Positions 9,079 through 19,008 of a stretch of DNA of 64,000 nt are shown one piece after another (within the stretch, counting starts at the first letter, position 1; the number at the start of each line of letters is the position of its first letter). The DNA lies in IMG/VR virus record IMGVR_UViG_3300048893_000042, positions 13,382 through 77,381 of that record. One strand, given 5' to 3'. Below the pieces are notes generated by a model. That model was given only the letters and a program-made list of their open reading frames with translations. It had not been told where the DNA came from and searched no databases. The stretch comes from a virus (taxonomy: Duplodnaviria > Caudoviricetes). The position numbers were made by a program, and so were the translations under genes.

Positions 9079-11618
9079 GCCTCCAGGTCTATCGTCTTGG
9101 GCACGGCCATGTTGTCCACCAGCACATTGAAGAATGACAGGAAGTCACCCCCAGTGACTGGGATCAGGTCCATCACGACGCGGGTGGGGGTGTTCTTCAG
9201 TGCGGCCACAGGGTTGGGCTTGGGCAGCTTCAGGTCTGCATCTATGGCCTGCCGCTGCTCAGTCAGTCCACCCAGCACTGAGATGCCCCTCAGCACCGTG
9301 GATGGCTCCATGTTGAAGAAGTCCACCCCATCATCGTCGATCACATCAAAGTCATCAAACGGCTGGAATGTGATGTCTCCGGTCTGTGAGACCACCTTCC
9401 CACCCTTCTCAACCTGGTACCCATCCACCACGTACCCCTCGTCAACATAGACGGGAACGCCGGCCTCCTCCACAACGCTTGTGCCATGCCCCACTGTGCA
9501 CCCAATCGTGACCTCTGACCTCATGGTGCCCTGGTCGAGCACCAGCTTGTAGGCCACCACCTTCCCAGTGACTGAGCCCCCCGGGAACCGCCGGTCAGCG
9601 AGGGTGACGTTCATGCGGCAGGAGATGTCCACAGCCACGGCCCAGCTAGTCACGAACCTCACCTGTACCGCTCGCGCTCGCGCCAGCAGCTTCGCCCGGG
9701 CCAGCAGCACCAGGAACTCAAATGACTGCTGCCCCCGGTCGGTCTTGAAGTAGCTGTTGCGGCGAACGTCGCCTATCGGGGTGGCCCCGCCCAGGTCCAC
9801 TGGCTGTGAGACGAAGCTGGAGCTGAATGAGAGGTTCTCCTCCTCCATCGCCCCGGGCTCAGTCAGCACGGCCTGGACATCCGCCTCCAGGCTGAACGTG
9901 ACCACCTCGCTCCTCTTCCGGCTGGCCGAGTAGTGGGCCTCGAAGAAGATGGAGTAGACCCCCATCTCAAAGTCCACATCCATCAGCTTCCAGCCTGCCG
10001 CCACCATGGTTCCCCGCGTGGGTATCACCGGAGGCTCATAGGTCGTGATGGTGCCCGTGGATGTCTTGTCCTGTGTGGCCTTGGCCTCAACTGACTTGTC
10101 GAGGTACTTGACGGCATACCTCTTGGAATTCACCCAGTCAGCCGGCACAATGACGGAGTTCAGTCCAACCTCCCACCCACCCCCGATTGAGGTCAGTGGC
10201 TGGGGCCAGCTCGTGAACAGTCCATCCCCCGTGAATGAGGTTATGAGTGGCCAAGGTCCCGCCGACCCGACTGCCTGGAAGGCACCCCAGAGCGCATCCG
10301 TCAGGTCAACGTCGCCCTCAGCAGCCTGGTCCCACTCCACGTTGGCCGTGACGTTCACCCGCCGAAGTGGTGACTGGAGTATGCTGACATGCACCTCGCT
10401 GTAGACGCTCTGGGCCTCACTCAGCTCCAGGGTTCCATCCTCACCCGAGATGATGTCCGAGGTGGTGACCTCCAGGGTCACCCGGTCTATGTGGAAGTCC
10501 TGCGTGCGGGCCTCCAGCACCGTGTCGTCATCTGCCACATGTTCGATCAGCCACACCGGGTCCCAGTGCGGAAGGTCCCTCATGCCCCGGGCCAGTGCCG
10601 CCTTCTGGGCGAAGTAGTCCTCAGGCCGCGCGATGAACTCAAGAGTGATCACCTCTGACTGGAAGTTCGCAGGGACACCGACCAGACGCCCGTGGAGAAG
10701 TGGGTGTACCACAGAACCATCGTCCCACGACAGCCAGCACCACCTCTGCCGAGCTCCGCCAAGAAGGCCCACACGGGGGTTCTGGATCGTGACGGAGAGG
10801 GTCGCGAAGTCACCCTCACTCTGCATGATCTCCAGGCTCACCAGCTGCTCATCCTTGCGCAGGTGGACCGTGGGGTCAAATGGACCGCCATCAGGGTAGG
10901 TGACCCCCTTCCTGATCGACAGTGGAACGGCCTGACCCGTCACGGTGGCTTCCGTCAGCATCACGATCTTGTCGGTGCCATCAAACTGGCCGGTGGCACC
11001 CGCCGGGATGCCCTGCCCCAGCACCTCATAGAGGGTGGACGTGTCGAGGCCTGCCGTGCTGGACAAGTTCTTCACCACATTGCGGTCCAGGGTGCTGGCG
11101 ATCTTCACCGGCACACCCACGCCCGTCGTGGTGGCCTGGCTGGTGATCGTCACTGGGGATGACCCGCCAAACGTGAACTGGGTGCCCGACGCCAAGCCGC
11201 TTCCGCTGATGTCATAGACCTGACCCACAACCAGGCCAGTCAGGCGGTCCAGGAAGACCTCGTCACGTCCCTCGTCAGTGCTGAGGATGAAGGTCTCCGC
11301 CGTCGCAGTCTCCGTCGCCGCGAAGTCCAGCTGACCCGTCCTGCCGCCGTTGTACACCATCCCATTCAGTGACTCAGCACTTCCCAGGCCCTTCCCAGTG
11401 ATGGAGTAGTGACGCCCTGCCACCAGACCCGTGGCATCGAGGATGTTCACCACCAGGCCGCTGCCCTGCTGGATGTCACCCGAGGTCCTGAGCTGGCCTC
11501 CCCAGGTCTGGGCCGCAGCGGTGAGCTGGCCGCCCCAGACATCCCCGGTCGCAGCCAGGGTGAAGCCCGGCACCGCCGGTCCGCCGACCCAGGCGAAGTA
11601 GAACTGCTGCTGTGCCAC
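9075..11618 (-). CDS. Large tail tip/hub protein (847 aa) with three N-terminal ~60-aa repeated modules
   Basis: Size and position two genes after tape measure; repeats GL..(G/S)..Y.(I/V).G.G(L/I). Confidence 0.7.
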   Translation of the reverse strand: MAQQQFYFAWVGGPAVPGFTLAATGDVWGGQLTAAAQTWGGQLRTSGDIQQGSGLVVNILDATGLVAGRHYSITGKGLGSAESLNGMVYNGGRTGQLDFAATETATAETFILSTDEGRDEVFLDRLTGLVVGQVYDISGSGLASGTQFTFGGSSPVTITSQATTTGVGVPVKIASTLDRNVVKNLSSTAGLDTSTLYEVLGQGIPAGATGQFDGTDKIVMLTEATVTGQAVPLSIRKGVTYPDGGPFDPTVHLRKDEQLVSLEIMQSEGDFATLSVTIQNPRVGLLGGARQRWCWLSWDDGSVVHPLLHGRLVGVPANFQSEVITLEFIARPEDYFAQKAALARGMRDLPHWDPVWLIEHVADDDTVLEARTQDFHIDRVTLEVTTSDIISGEDGTLELSEAQSVYSEVHVSILQSPLRRVNVTANVEWDQAAEGDVDLTDALWGAFQAVGSAGPWPLITSFTGDGLFTSWPQPLTSIGGGWEVGLNSVIVPADWVNSKRYAVKYLDKSVEAKATQDKTSTGTITTYEPPVIPTRGTMVAAGWKLMDVDFEMGVYSIFFEAHYSASRKRSEVVTFSLEADVQAVLTEPGAMEEENLSFSSSFVSQPVDLGGATPIGDVRRNSYFKTDRGQQSFEFLVLLARAKLLARARAVQVRFVTSWAVAVDISCRMNVTLADRRFPGGSVTGKVVAYKLVLDQGTMRSEVTIGCTVGHGTSVVEEAGVPVYVDEGYVVDGYQVEKGGKVVSQTGDITFQPFDDFDVIDDDGVDFFNMEPSTVLRGISVLGGLTEQRQAIDADLKLPKPNPVAALKNTPTRVVMDLIPVTGGDFLSFFNVLVDNMAVPKTIDLEA

Positions 11619-11702
11619 TAGATTCCAGCGTCCTCGTGTACGTCAGAGCCGGCCCTGTACCCTAGTCCACGCCCGCAGAAGAAGTGCTCCTCCGGCATCC
11701 TC

Positions 11703-12131
11703 CTACGCCTCTTCCAGGTCCATGTGCCATGCCGACACCTTCTGGTACTCATCCAGCTCAACCTCGAACCCAACCACCCTCATGGACAGGCGCGGTCGGT
11801 AGAAGGTCCAGTCACCCTCGGTTCGTGAGTCAACAACCGTCCGCTCAGGGGTTCCGCTCGCAGTGAGGTAGGCCAGCTCAGCTATGCAGTCAACCGTGAC
11901 CGCCGTTCCAGGCCACATCCCTGTCGTGGCTGGTGGGTCGGTGTCACTGCCCGTGATTGTGGACTTGAACTTCTGAAACTGGGGTGCGGACAGGTCGATC
12001 AGGCCACCATCCACCGTGCGGAAGAGCTGGCTGGCCGCATCTATGGGTGCCAGGGTCTGCTTGAGACCGCGTGCTGAGTAGGGCACCACCCCGATGCCCG
12101 TCATCACTAGCAGGGTTGTCACGTCAGGCAC
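11703..12131 (-). CDS. Distal tail protein-like
   Basis: Immediately after tape measure; GTG at 12131 overlaps TMP end; YSARGLKQTL..RTVDGGLIDLS..QFQKFKSTITGSD. Confidence 0.65.
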   Translation of the reverse strand: MPDVTTLLVMTGIGVVPYSARGLKQTLAPIDAASQLFRTVDGGLIDLSAPQFQKFKSTITGSDTDPPATTGMWPGTAVTVDCIAELAYLTASGTPERTVVDSRTEGDWTFYRPRLSMRVVGFEVELDEYQKVSAWHMDLEEA

Positions 12132-14739
12132 TCTTCCACCCCGGTCTGCGGCCAGCACTTCGAACCTGCCGGGTCCGAGAGTAGCTGACCAGTCCCTGGG
12201 CCACAGATTCCGGGGCAACCAGGCCCTCGAACATGTGTCCATCTATGCTGAGGTTCACGATGCTGGTCCGGCTCGCCGTCGCTGCTGCTCCGGCTGAGAA
12301 GCCCCTCATCGGGCTCACCGGAGGGGCAACCGCGCTGATCAGACCGCCAATGTTGAACCTCGGAATCTCCAGGTTGTTGATGCGGTGCATGAACTCCACG
12401 CCATAGTGCTGGACAGCAGCCACCTTGTGGACGAACTCACCCGGGGTCAGCCACCCCAGCACCGTGTCAGTGCCCGGACCTCGCGGCCTGCCGCCGCCCG
12501 AGAAGGCCTGGATGGTCCCGCCGGCCTCGTGCCCCGCTGCTGAGCTGCCAAACAGGCCACCTGGCACCAGCCCACCGAGGGTGTTCAGCTTGTCGATCAG
12601 CTTGTCCACCCACGCCATCATGTCGCCGATCTTGTCAGCAAACCACCCGGCCATCTTGCCGAACAGTCCCATGACGTAGTTCACCGCTTCAGCGATCACC
12701 TCCTGGATGTAGGCTGCGAACTTGTCGAAGGCATCTGCCGCATCGTCGCCGATGTACTTCCGGATCAGGTCGGAGACGCGCTGTGCGTTTGCCGCCAGGG
12801 TCACCAGGGCAGCAACCACCAGCCCAATGACCAGCACCACCGCGAGGATCGGTGCAGCCACCAGCTCAAAGGTCAGCATGGCGGTGCGAGCCACACCCAC
12901 CGCAGTGGTCAGTGCGGTAAAGGCGGTTGACAGGGTGCCCACGCTTGAGCTGAGGAAGACCACAAAGGTGATCACCCGAGCTATGGCGAGCATCGCAGTG
13001 AACGCGGTGTTCAGCAGCCTGACCGCCGAACCGAGGCCCAAGAACCCGGTCGCGAGGGACACGAGCACCGGCGCGAACCTGAGCAGCAGCAGCACCGCGA
13101 GGGTGCCGCCCGTCGTGAACTCGGTTCCGAAGACCGCATTGATGGTCTTGCGCAGGACCTCTGCGGCCAGAATCACCGAACCGATCAGTGGAGCAAACCG
13201 CGCCAGCAGCAGCATCACAGCCACTGCCCCGTTCGTGAACTCACTACCAAAGGTCGCGTTGATGACCCGTCGCAGTCCATCCACGATCAGGCCCAGTGCG
13301 TGGAATGCCACCCCAACCGCCGTTATGGCCGCAGTGACCGCCGGCCTGACCCCCTGGCTGAACGCCTCGGCAAAGTCACGGATGTTCTGTGAGTTGTGGG
13401 ATAGACCCTCGGATATGGCATCAAACAGCGGGGTGAACACCTGACCAACAAGGTTGCCCACTGCCCGCTGGAGGCCTTCGACCACAGCATCCAGCTTGGC
13501 GAATGCGGCATTGAACGTGACCGCCAGCTCAGTCTCAGCTGCGGTGGAGCTGACCCCGAGCTCCCGGAACGTCTTGGACAGCTCCTCCAGGCGGTCCCTG
13601 CCCAGGTTGAGACCAGGCAGCAGGTCACGGAACTGCCGCCCGAACAGTCGCATCGCCACCTCAGCCTGCTCGGCGGGTGCCTTGATCTCCTTGAACTTGT
13701 CCACAAACTCCAGGAACGCCGGCCCCACGTCGCGCGCCGCGCCCGTGGTCGGGTCCAGGGCATCAATCTTCAGGCGGAGGAAGACATTCTTTGTGTCATC
13801 AACCACCTTCGCCACAGCACCCTGCTTGATCCTCAGTTCTTCCTGGGCGAGGGTGTACCGCCGGTGTGCGTCTGTCACCTCATTCAGCGACTGAGCCAGC
13901 TTGTCCTGCAGGTCCTTCTGATGGGACACTGAGTTGCTCGCCGCGACGGAGGCCTCACTGAGCCTGAGGTGCTGCTCCTTGCTCAGCGCCATTGACTCAC
14001 CGAGCGGGTCTATGGCACCCTTCAGCCGATCATAGGACAGCTTGGCCTTGTCAATGTTGTTCTGGCTTGCCGCCAGGGCCTCACTCGCCTCACGAGTGGC
14101 AGTCTCTGACTTCCCGATGGCCTGAGCAGCCGTGTCCACACCCAGTCGCAACCGGTCAATCTCAAGTCTAGTCTGGTCTGCCTTCTGCTGGCTCTCATGG
14201 AAGCTGTCGTTGAGCTTCTTCTGGGCATCCGCCGCCTCGCCCAGTCGCGCTGCGAAGCGGTCGATCCCCCTGACAAATGACTCACTGCTCACCCCCGCCT
14301 GCGTGAACGCGAACCGCAGGCCCTCGAACTGCTCCACCTCCATCCCAACTGCGTGGGCCTGGTTCTCAATGGACCGGGTTGCCTCAGCAGCATTCTTGCT
14401 CAGCAGGAGGAACGCACCGGCTGCCCCGCTGATGGCTGCTGCCAGGCCACCGATGCCGCTGACCAGCTCCAGGACTGCAGCACCATTTGACTCAAACCCA
14501 GACCCCATGCGGGTCAGGTTCTGGATGAGCGGTCCCAGCTCTGTGGTGAGACCTGCTGCCGACCCCCTCAGTGACCCAAACTTGTCACCCAGGTCACCGA
14601 CATGCCCGCCGGTCGAGCGGGCTGCGTCACCGATGCGGCGGACCGATGCCTCACCCGTGGCCCCCAGCTCAGACAGCCGGGCCTTTATCTCCTGGTCACC
14701 CTCAAGGGCTATCCTCTGGGAGATGGTCCCCTGGGCCAT
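12124..14739 (-). CDS. Tail tape measure protein
   Basis: 871 aa, Ala-rich helical and coiled-coil, hydrophobic repeats, C-terminal GGG..RGPGTDTV..WLTPGEFV; follows the chaperone genes. Confidence 0.92.
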   Translation of the reverse strand: MAQGTISQRIALEGDQEIKARLSELGATGEASVRRIGDAARSTGGHVGDLGDKFGSLRGSAAGLTTELGPLIQNLTRMGSGFESNGAAVLELVSGIGGLAAAISGAAGAFLLLSKNAAEATRSIENQAHAVGMEVEQFEGLRFAFTQAGVSSESFVRGIDRFAARLGEAADAQKKLNDSFHESQQKADQTRLEIDRLRLGVDTAAQAIGKSETATREASEALAASQNNIDKAKLSYDRLKGAIDPLGESMALSKEQHLRLSEASVAASNSVSHQKDLQDKLAQSLNEVTDAHRRYTLAQEELRIKQGAVAKVVDDTKNVFLRLKIDALDPTTGAARDVGPAFLEFVDKFKEIKAPAEQAEVAMRLFGRQFRDLLPGLNLGRDRLEELSKTFRELGVSSTAAETELAVTFNAAFAKLDAVVEGLQRAVGNLVGQVFTPLFDAISEGLSHNSQNIRDFAEAFSQGVRPAVTAAITAVGVAFHALGLIVDGLRRVINATFGSEFTNGAVAVMLLLARFAPLIGSVILAAEVLRKTINAVFGTEFTTGGTLAVLLLLRFAPVLVSLATGFLGLGSAVRLLNTAFTAMLAIARVITFVVFLSSSVGTLSTAFTALTTAVGVARTAMLTFELVAAPILAVVLVIGLVVAALVTLAANAQRVSDLIRKYIGDDAADAFDKFAAYIQEVIAEAVNYVMGLFGKMAGWFADKIGDMMAWVDKLIDKLNTLGGLVPGGLFGSSAAGHEAGGTIQAFSGGGRPRGPGTDTVLGWLTPGEFVHKVAAVQHYGVEFMHRINNLEIPRFNIGGLISAVAPPVSPMRGFSAGAAATASRTSIVNLSIDGHMFEGLVAPESVAQGLVSYSRTRQVRSAGRRPGWKSA

Positions 14740-14740
14740 G

Positions 14741-15421
14741 CTACCTCACCCAGCTCGGCAGGTTCTTGCGATAGGCTGGCTCAAGCGCCGCCTGCGCACT
14801 CTGGAAGACCTGCTCTAGTCCAAAGACTGCCTGCAGACGCACCTGTGTGAGGCCCACGAATATGGGCACAGAGATGACCCCTGCCCGACCCGTGTCGCTG
14901 CGTCGTGCCCTCACCCCCAGGCGAGCCAGTGCCGCCCCTGCCCGCAGCTTCGTGATGCTGATCTTCCTTCCTGCTGTGAACCGGCCTGCCTGGGCATAGG
15001 CCGCAAGCATCGGTGGCTTCCCAGGAACGTTGATGCTGTGGAGGGGACCAACCTGCTGGACGTAGTTCCTTGGGGTCAGCCGCCTTCCACCCACCCGGTT
15101 GGGTGCGTTGCCCAGGGGCACCCACATCAGGGGCTTCCCCGACAGCACCGCACCCGTCTCAAACACCCCCGCATAGGGTATCTTGTGGCGGAACACTGCC
15201 GCCGCATGAGCACTCACCCCCGTCATGGGGTACACCGTGACCCGCAGGGCATCCGTCCAGCGCTTGCTGAACCCTGCCGCCGCGATCCTGCCCCTGCCCG
15301 CCGTGAGACCCTGTGCCGCAACCTCCCTGACCGCCCCGGTCGCCGCCACCGCGATGGGGTTGTACATCATCTTGAAGGCTGTGTCCAGCTCACTCGGCTT
15401 GGCACTGTAGCTCAGCTTCAC
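14741..15421 (-). CDS. Tail completion/neck-type protein (HK97 gp10-like, basic)
   Basis: HKIPYAGVFETGAVL.GKP.MWVPL motif; Arg-rich. Confidence 0.6.
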   Translation of the reverse strand: MKLSYSAKPSELDTAFKMMYNPIAVAATGAVREVAAQGLTAGRGRIAAAGFSKRWTDALRVTVYPMTGVSAHAAAVFRHKIPYAGVFETGAVLSGKPLMWVPLGNAPNRVGGRRLTPRNYVQQVGPLHSINVPGKPPMLAAYAQAGRFTAGRKISITKLRAGAALARLGVRARRSDTGRAGVISVPIFVGLTQVRLQAVFGLEQVFQSAQAALEPAYRKNLPSWVR

Positions 15422-15765
15422 TTCTCCAGGTCCCTGAGCTTCTTGTTGATGGCGTTGGTGTCACCGCTCGCGGCCAGGGCCTGGATCGACAGGCGCTCGG
15501 CCATGCTGCGCTTCTGGCGCCGCCTCGTGATGAACAGGAACGCAGCCAGCTGCCTCGGTGTGTACCTCCATACCACCTCAGGCGGGTGGTTCGCAGCAAT
15601 CAGCTCGTCAATGGCTGCGGCGAACTCGTATCCTGGACCCTGCCAAATAAGCCGCCTGGCCCTGCGCCCCCGGGTCCGAGCATCCCCGTGAGGCGTTCTA
15701 TCAAAGGGTTTATGCCACCCGGGAAGCTCATGCGGAAGATGGCCTCCACCAGCTTCAGCTGATCC
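15418..15765 (-). CDS. -1 frame of tail assembly chaperone (gpGT-like extension; not in ORF track)
   Basis: Frame open 15765-15418 without its own start; encodes ..YEFAAAIDELIAANHPPEVVWRYTPRQLAAFLF...LRDLEK*; stop overlaps GTG of next gene. Confidence 0.75.
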   Translation of the reverse strand, partial: GSAEAGGGHLPHELPGWHKPFDRTPHGDARTRGRRARRLIWQGPGYEFAAAIDELIAANHPPEVVWRYTPRQLAAFLFITRRRQKRSMAERLSIQALAASGDTNAINKKLRDLEK

Positions 15766-16031
15766 TCAAAGACCAGGCCCCGGGCGGCAGCCTCCTCCTC
15801 CGCGTCACCCCCCTTCCCCAGGGCTTCCGCCATCAGGGCAAAGGCCACATCGGGGGCAGCCGTCAGCAGCATCATGGGGTCCACTGACTTACCCACCATC
15901 ATGCGGCGCAGGTCCTCTGACTTGGCGAGGACCCGCGCTATGGCATCGACACCGATGCCCCGCACCGTCAGTTTGGTTCCCCTGATGTCAACCTCTTCGG
16001 TCAGGGGTGCAATGTCAACAAGGCTTGGCAT
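15600..16031 (-). CDS. Tail assembly chaperone (gpG-like)
   Basis: Between tail tube and tape measure; overlapping -1 frame and slippery sequence. Confidence 0.8.
   Translation of the reverse strand: MPSLVDIAPLTEEVDIRGTKLTVRGIGVDAIARVLAKSEDLRRMMVGKSVDPMMLLTAAPDVAFALMAEALGKGGDAEEEAAARGLVFEDQLKLVEAIFRMSFPGGINPLIERLTGMLGPGGAGPGGLFGRVQDTSSPQPLTS
15702..15711 (-). other. Candidate -1 ribosomal frameshift site AAACCCTTTG
   Basis: Two overlapping in-frame X XXY YYZ heptamers (A AAC CCT and C CCT TTG) inside the open -1 frame. Confidence 0.6.
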
Positions 16032-16037
16032 GGGTTG

Positions 16038-16565
16038 TTATGTGACCTCCGCTGTGATCCCAGTGTGGACCGTTCCAAAGCTGCCCGTGGTCGGGTCGGC
16101 GGTCACCTCACCGGTGACCTCCAGCACCCCCCAGGTCTCACCAATGAGCTGGAGCGCTGCCGAGGGTGCGATGTTGACGAAGGGAAGATCCACCTGCTCC
16201 TTATCACCGACCTCATTGGTGCCAATGAAGCGCAGCGCGCACGTCACCTCATCCTGGTCCATGATGGACACCGTGGTCGGTGAGCTGCTGCCCGCCGCCG
16301 CGCCCATGAGACAGACGGCCAGGTTCTGCGGGGTCCACTCCTCCATGTGGAACTTCACCGTCAGCTGCTTCTGGATGACGATGGACTTGTCCTTGAAGCG
16401 GATGCCCCGGCGCGAGCTGTAGTGCTCCAGTCGGGTGACGTTCGGGGTCACCTCGAACAAGGGCACGTTGCCCACATCCCTGTAGTCACTGTCCACACCG
16501 TCAACCTTGATCTTGACGATGCCCTTCCCCAGGTAATAGTTCAGTGTCGAAGGCGAATCCGGCAT
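16038..16565 (-). CDS. Major tail tube protein
   Basis: NYYLGKGIV...RDVGNVPLFEVTPNV..LEHYSSRRG..KDKSIV..LTVKF.MEEWTPQNLA. Confidence 0.85.
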   Translation of the reverse strand: MPDSPSTLNYYLGKGIVKIKVDGVDSDYRDVGNVPLFEVTPNVTRLEHYSSRRGIRFKDKSIVIQKQLTVKFHMEEWTPQNLAVCLMGAAAGSSSPTTVSIMDQDEVTCALRFIGTNEVGDKEQVDLPFVNIAPSAALQLIGETWGVLEVTGEVTADPTTGSFGTVHTGITAEVT

Positions 16566-16609
16566 GTTGCAGCCCTCCAGATGTTCAGTTCAGGACGCCA
16601 GCGGGTCGC

Positions 16610-16972
16610 TCAGGGCAGCGTGATGACGGCCAGTCGAACCAGCGGGTCGGACACATCGATGTCCAGGTTGCCCGCGTCCGCCCACCCTGCCGACTGGAAC
16701 GGGCCAAACCGCGCGATCTTCCCCGCCGCAATGGAGTAGGCTGTGATGTCCCCCTTGCGGTGGAAGCTGTCCTCCACCGAGGTGAACGTGATCGTGTGCG
16801 GGTTGGTGTCCGTGTTGTGGGCCAGCACCACCGTCTTGCCGTTCACCAGTGCGGTGTAGCGGTCCGTCGGGTCATCAACTGCCGTCTCCGTCAGGTCAGC
16901 AGAGCCGCCGGCCAGGGGAAGGCTGGGGTAGGACCCAACGAGGGTCTGGGCTGTGATCACCGTGCGCGACAT
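16610..16972 (-). CDS. Hypothetical virion protein
   Basis: Good RBS (GAGGAGG); beta-rich; in structural operon. Confidence 0.7.
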   Translation of the reverse strand: MSRTVITAQTLVGSYPSLPLAGGSADLTETAVDDPTDRYTALVNGKTVVLAHNTDTNPHTITFTSVEDSFHRKGDITAYSIAAGKIARFGPFQSAGWADAGNLDIDVSDPLVRLAVITLP

Positions 16973-16985
16973 GTAGGTATCCTCC

Positions 16986-17450
16986 TCAGGTGTAGTCGGT
17001 TGGGCTCAGGACATAGCGGAAGGAGAAGTTCATGATGAGCTCCCCTTCCATGCTCCGGCCACGTGCAAAGTCCGTCACACAGCCGTCATACCGCACTTCT
17101 CCGTTCCGGCCCACCAGCTCAGGGAACACAGTGTCCGCCAGCACTGCCCTCAGCAGTGCCATCCGGAAGCTGTTGAGCATTGGTCCCAGAACATCCTCAT
17201 CCGCCGCCGTGGATGCCAGCTTCTCCACTGAGACATAGACCTCAGGGGACAGCATCACGATCAGGGGTGCCGCCGCTGGCCGGCCCCGGTCATACGAGTG
17301 AGGGTCAACAACCTCATCCGCATCGAGCACAATCACCGCCGGTCGATCACGCCCACTCACATCCGTCTTGTTCCTGGCCACCTTCTTGATGCCGGGAACC
17401 CGCACCACCTCAAGCAGGCGCGACATCAGGGCCTCGCGGCGATCCATCAC
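16986..17450 (-). CDS. Tail terminator-like protein
   Basis: MDRREALMSRL..V; RPAVIVLDADE; position before tail tube. Confidence 0.65.
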   Translation of the reverse strand: MMDRREALMSRLLEVVRVPGIKKVARNKTDVSGRDRPAVIVLDADEVVDPHSYDRGRPAAAPLIVMLSPEVYVSVEKLASTAADEDVLGPMLNSFRMALLRAVLADTVFPELVGRNGEVRYDGCVTDFARGRSMEGELIMNFSFRYVLSPTDYT

Positions 17451-17779
17451 CAGCCGCCCTCCAGGATCAGCAGCAGCTCGCCATCGGCCTCACCATTGGG
17501 GCTGGGCCTCGCCCTGGTGCTGGATATGACCCACACCTTCCCATTCATGGTGAGCTGCTGGCCATCCAGCTGCTCAGGTGTGAGGCCCTGTGACGCCAGC
17601 TCGCTGACCAGCACCACTGCAGCGGGGAGCACGCTCTGTATCTCTAGGCCGCTCCCCACCACCATGCCCGCCGTCTTGTCCAGAGCGGTCAGGCTGTAGT
17701 CGGTGTTGCCCAGGCGCACAGATGCTGGGACACCCAGCAGGCTGTGCGTCGGGCCATAGAGGAGGGCCTGGTAGTCCAC
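17447..17779 (-). CDS. Head-tail joining/closure protein
   Basis: 110 aa; position; C-terminal RPSPNGEADGELLLILE. Confidence 0.65.
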   Translation of the reverse strand: MDYQALLYGPTHSLLGVPASVRLGNTDYSLTALDKTAGMVVGSGLEIQSVLPAAVVLVSELASQGLTPEQLDGQQLTMNGKVWVISSTRARPSPNGEADGELLLILEGGW

Positions 17780-17785
17780 GGGTGG

Positions 17786-18979
17786 TTACGAATCCGTACC
17801 GATGCCCACCGCCGTGATCGTGGCAGTGGTGGCGCTGTCGATGGACGCCACGAAGTCGCGCCAGGTGTTCTGGGCCACGGTCATGGTCCCCGCGAGGGTC
17901 ACGGTGGCGCCGCTGTCAGCGGTCAGGGTCAGGGTGCCAGCCCCATTGTTGATGATGCGGAACTCCCAGGTGAAGCCCACGTGGGCACCCGGGATGTCGG
18001 CGAGCATCTGGGCTGCGGTCCTGACCAGCTGGGCACCAGGCACCGCGTTGGTGCTTCTCCAGTGGACCTTCCTGGCGCCGGTGATCGTGCCGGCGGCCAG
18101 CGAACCGGTCGTGACGCTGGAGGTGCTGTACTTCGTGTTGGGCAGTGGGGTGAGCTCCCCGGCCGCAACCGACTGGACCGACGCTGTGGTGGCCGACAGG
18201 ATCGTGCCGATGAAGTCGCGCCAGGTGTTCTGTGGAACCGTCATGTCGCCAGACATGGTCACGGTCGCGCCCGCATCGGTCGTCAGCGTCAGGGTGCCCG
18301 CACCGGTGTTGGCAATGCGGAACCTCCAGCTCGTGCCCACCCTGCCATTGGGGATGTCGGCGAGCATCTGGGCTGCCGTCCTGACCAGCTGGGCACCGGG
18401 GGTTGCCCCGGTCTGCTGCCATACGCACATGCGAGCTCCGGTGATCAGGCCGGCGGCCAGCGAGCCGGTCGTGACGCTGGAGGTGCTGTACTTGGCATTC
18501 GGGAGCGGGGTGTACTCGCCGCCAGCAATCCAGTAGATGGTGGCCGTGTTGGTCCCGGTCCAGACCACCAGGAACCTCGCCCAGCTGTTGGCCGGAACGA
18601 TGGTGTTGCCCGACATCGTGACCCCCGAGCCGGCGGCCAGCGTGGCGTCGAAGTTCGTGGTGTTCTTGTAGGTGAACTGGAACGAATCACTCGCCGCACC
18701 CTTCCAGGCTGCCTGGAGCAGCGCCGCCGTGGATGTGGTGTCAGTGAAGGCCCCGGTGGGCCCACTGCGCAGCACGTCGCCACTGAGCAGCATGGCCGCC
18801 GTGATCGTGCCCGCACCCACCGTGGTGAGGGTTGCTTCCGACTGGTCGCCGACCAGCAGGTCCTTGATCATGTCCATGGTGGCACGCTTGTTGGTGCCAC
18901 CCTGCAGCACCTCGAACTCATCCGCAAGGGCCACCGCCGTCGCGGCATCCTCTTCGCTCAGCTTCTTGAACTCAGCCAT
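17786..18979 (-). CDS. Head fibre/minor capsid protein with 120-aa internal duplication
   Basis: LPN(A/T)KYSTSSVTTGSLAAG...GAQLVRTAAQMLADIP...QNTWRDF twice, 360-bp period; N-terminal TLTTVGAGTITAA module. Confidence 0.75.
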   Translation of the reverse strand: MAEFKKLSEEDAATAVALADEFEVLQGGTNKRATMDMIKDLLVGDQSEATLTTVGAGTITAAMLLSGDVLRSGPTGAFTDTTSTAALLQAAWKGAASDSFQFTYKNTTNFDATLAAGSGVTMSGNTIVPANSWARFLVVWTGTNTATIYWIAGGEYTPLPNAKYSTSSVTTGSLAAGLITGARMCVWQQTGATPGAQLVRTAAQMLADIPNGRVGTSWRFRIANTGAGTLTLTTDAGATVTMSGDMTVPQNTWRDFIGTILSATTASVQSVAAGELTPLPNTKYSTSSVTTGSLAAGTITGARKVHWRSTNAVPGAQLVRTAAQMLADIPGAHVGFTWEFRIINNGAGTLTLTADSGATVTLAGTMTVAQNTWRDFVASIDSATTATITAVGIGTDS

Positions 18980-19008
18980 TTCCCGCTCCTCGTGTCAGTT
19001 GTGCTGCC

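Noticed and set aside
11618-11698. 26-codon ORF between distal tail and hub genes whose TAG overlaps the next GTG
   Set aside because: SD abuts the ATG with no spacing and nothing else supports it; left unannotated
12700-13330. Hydrophobic 40-aa repeats in tape measure as a separate membrane system
   Set aside because: Ordinary tape measure periodicity
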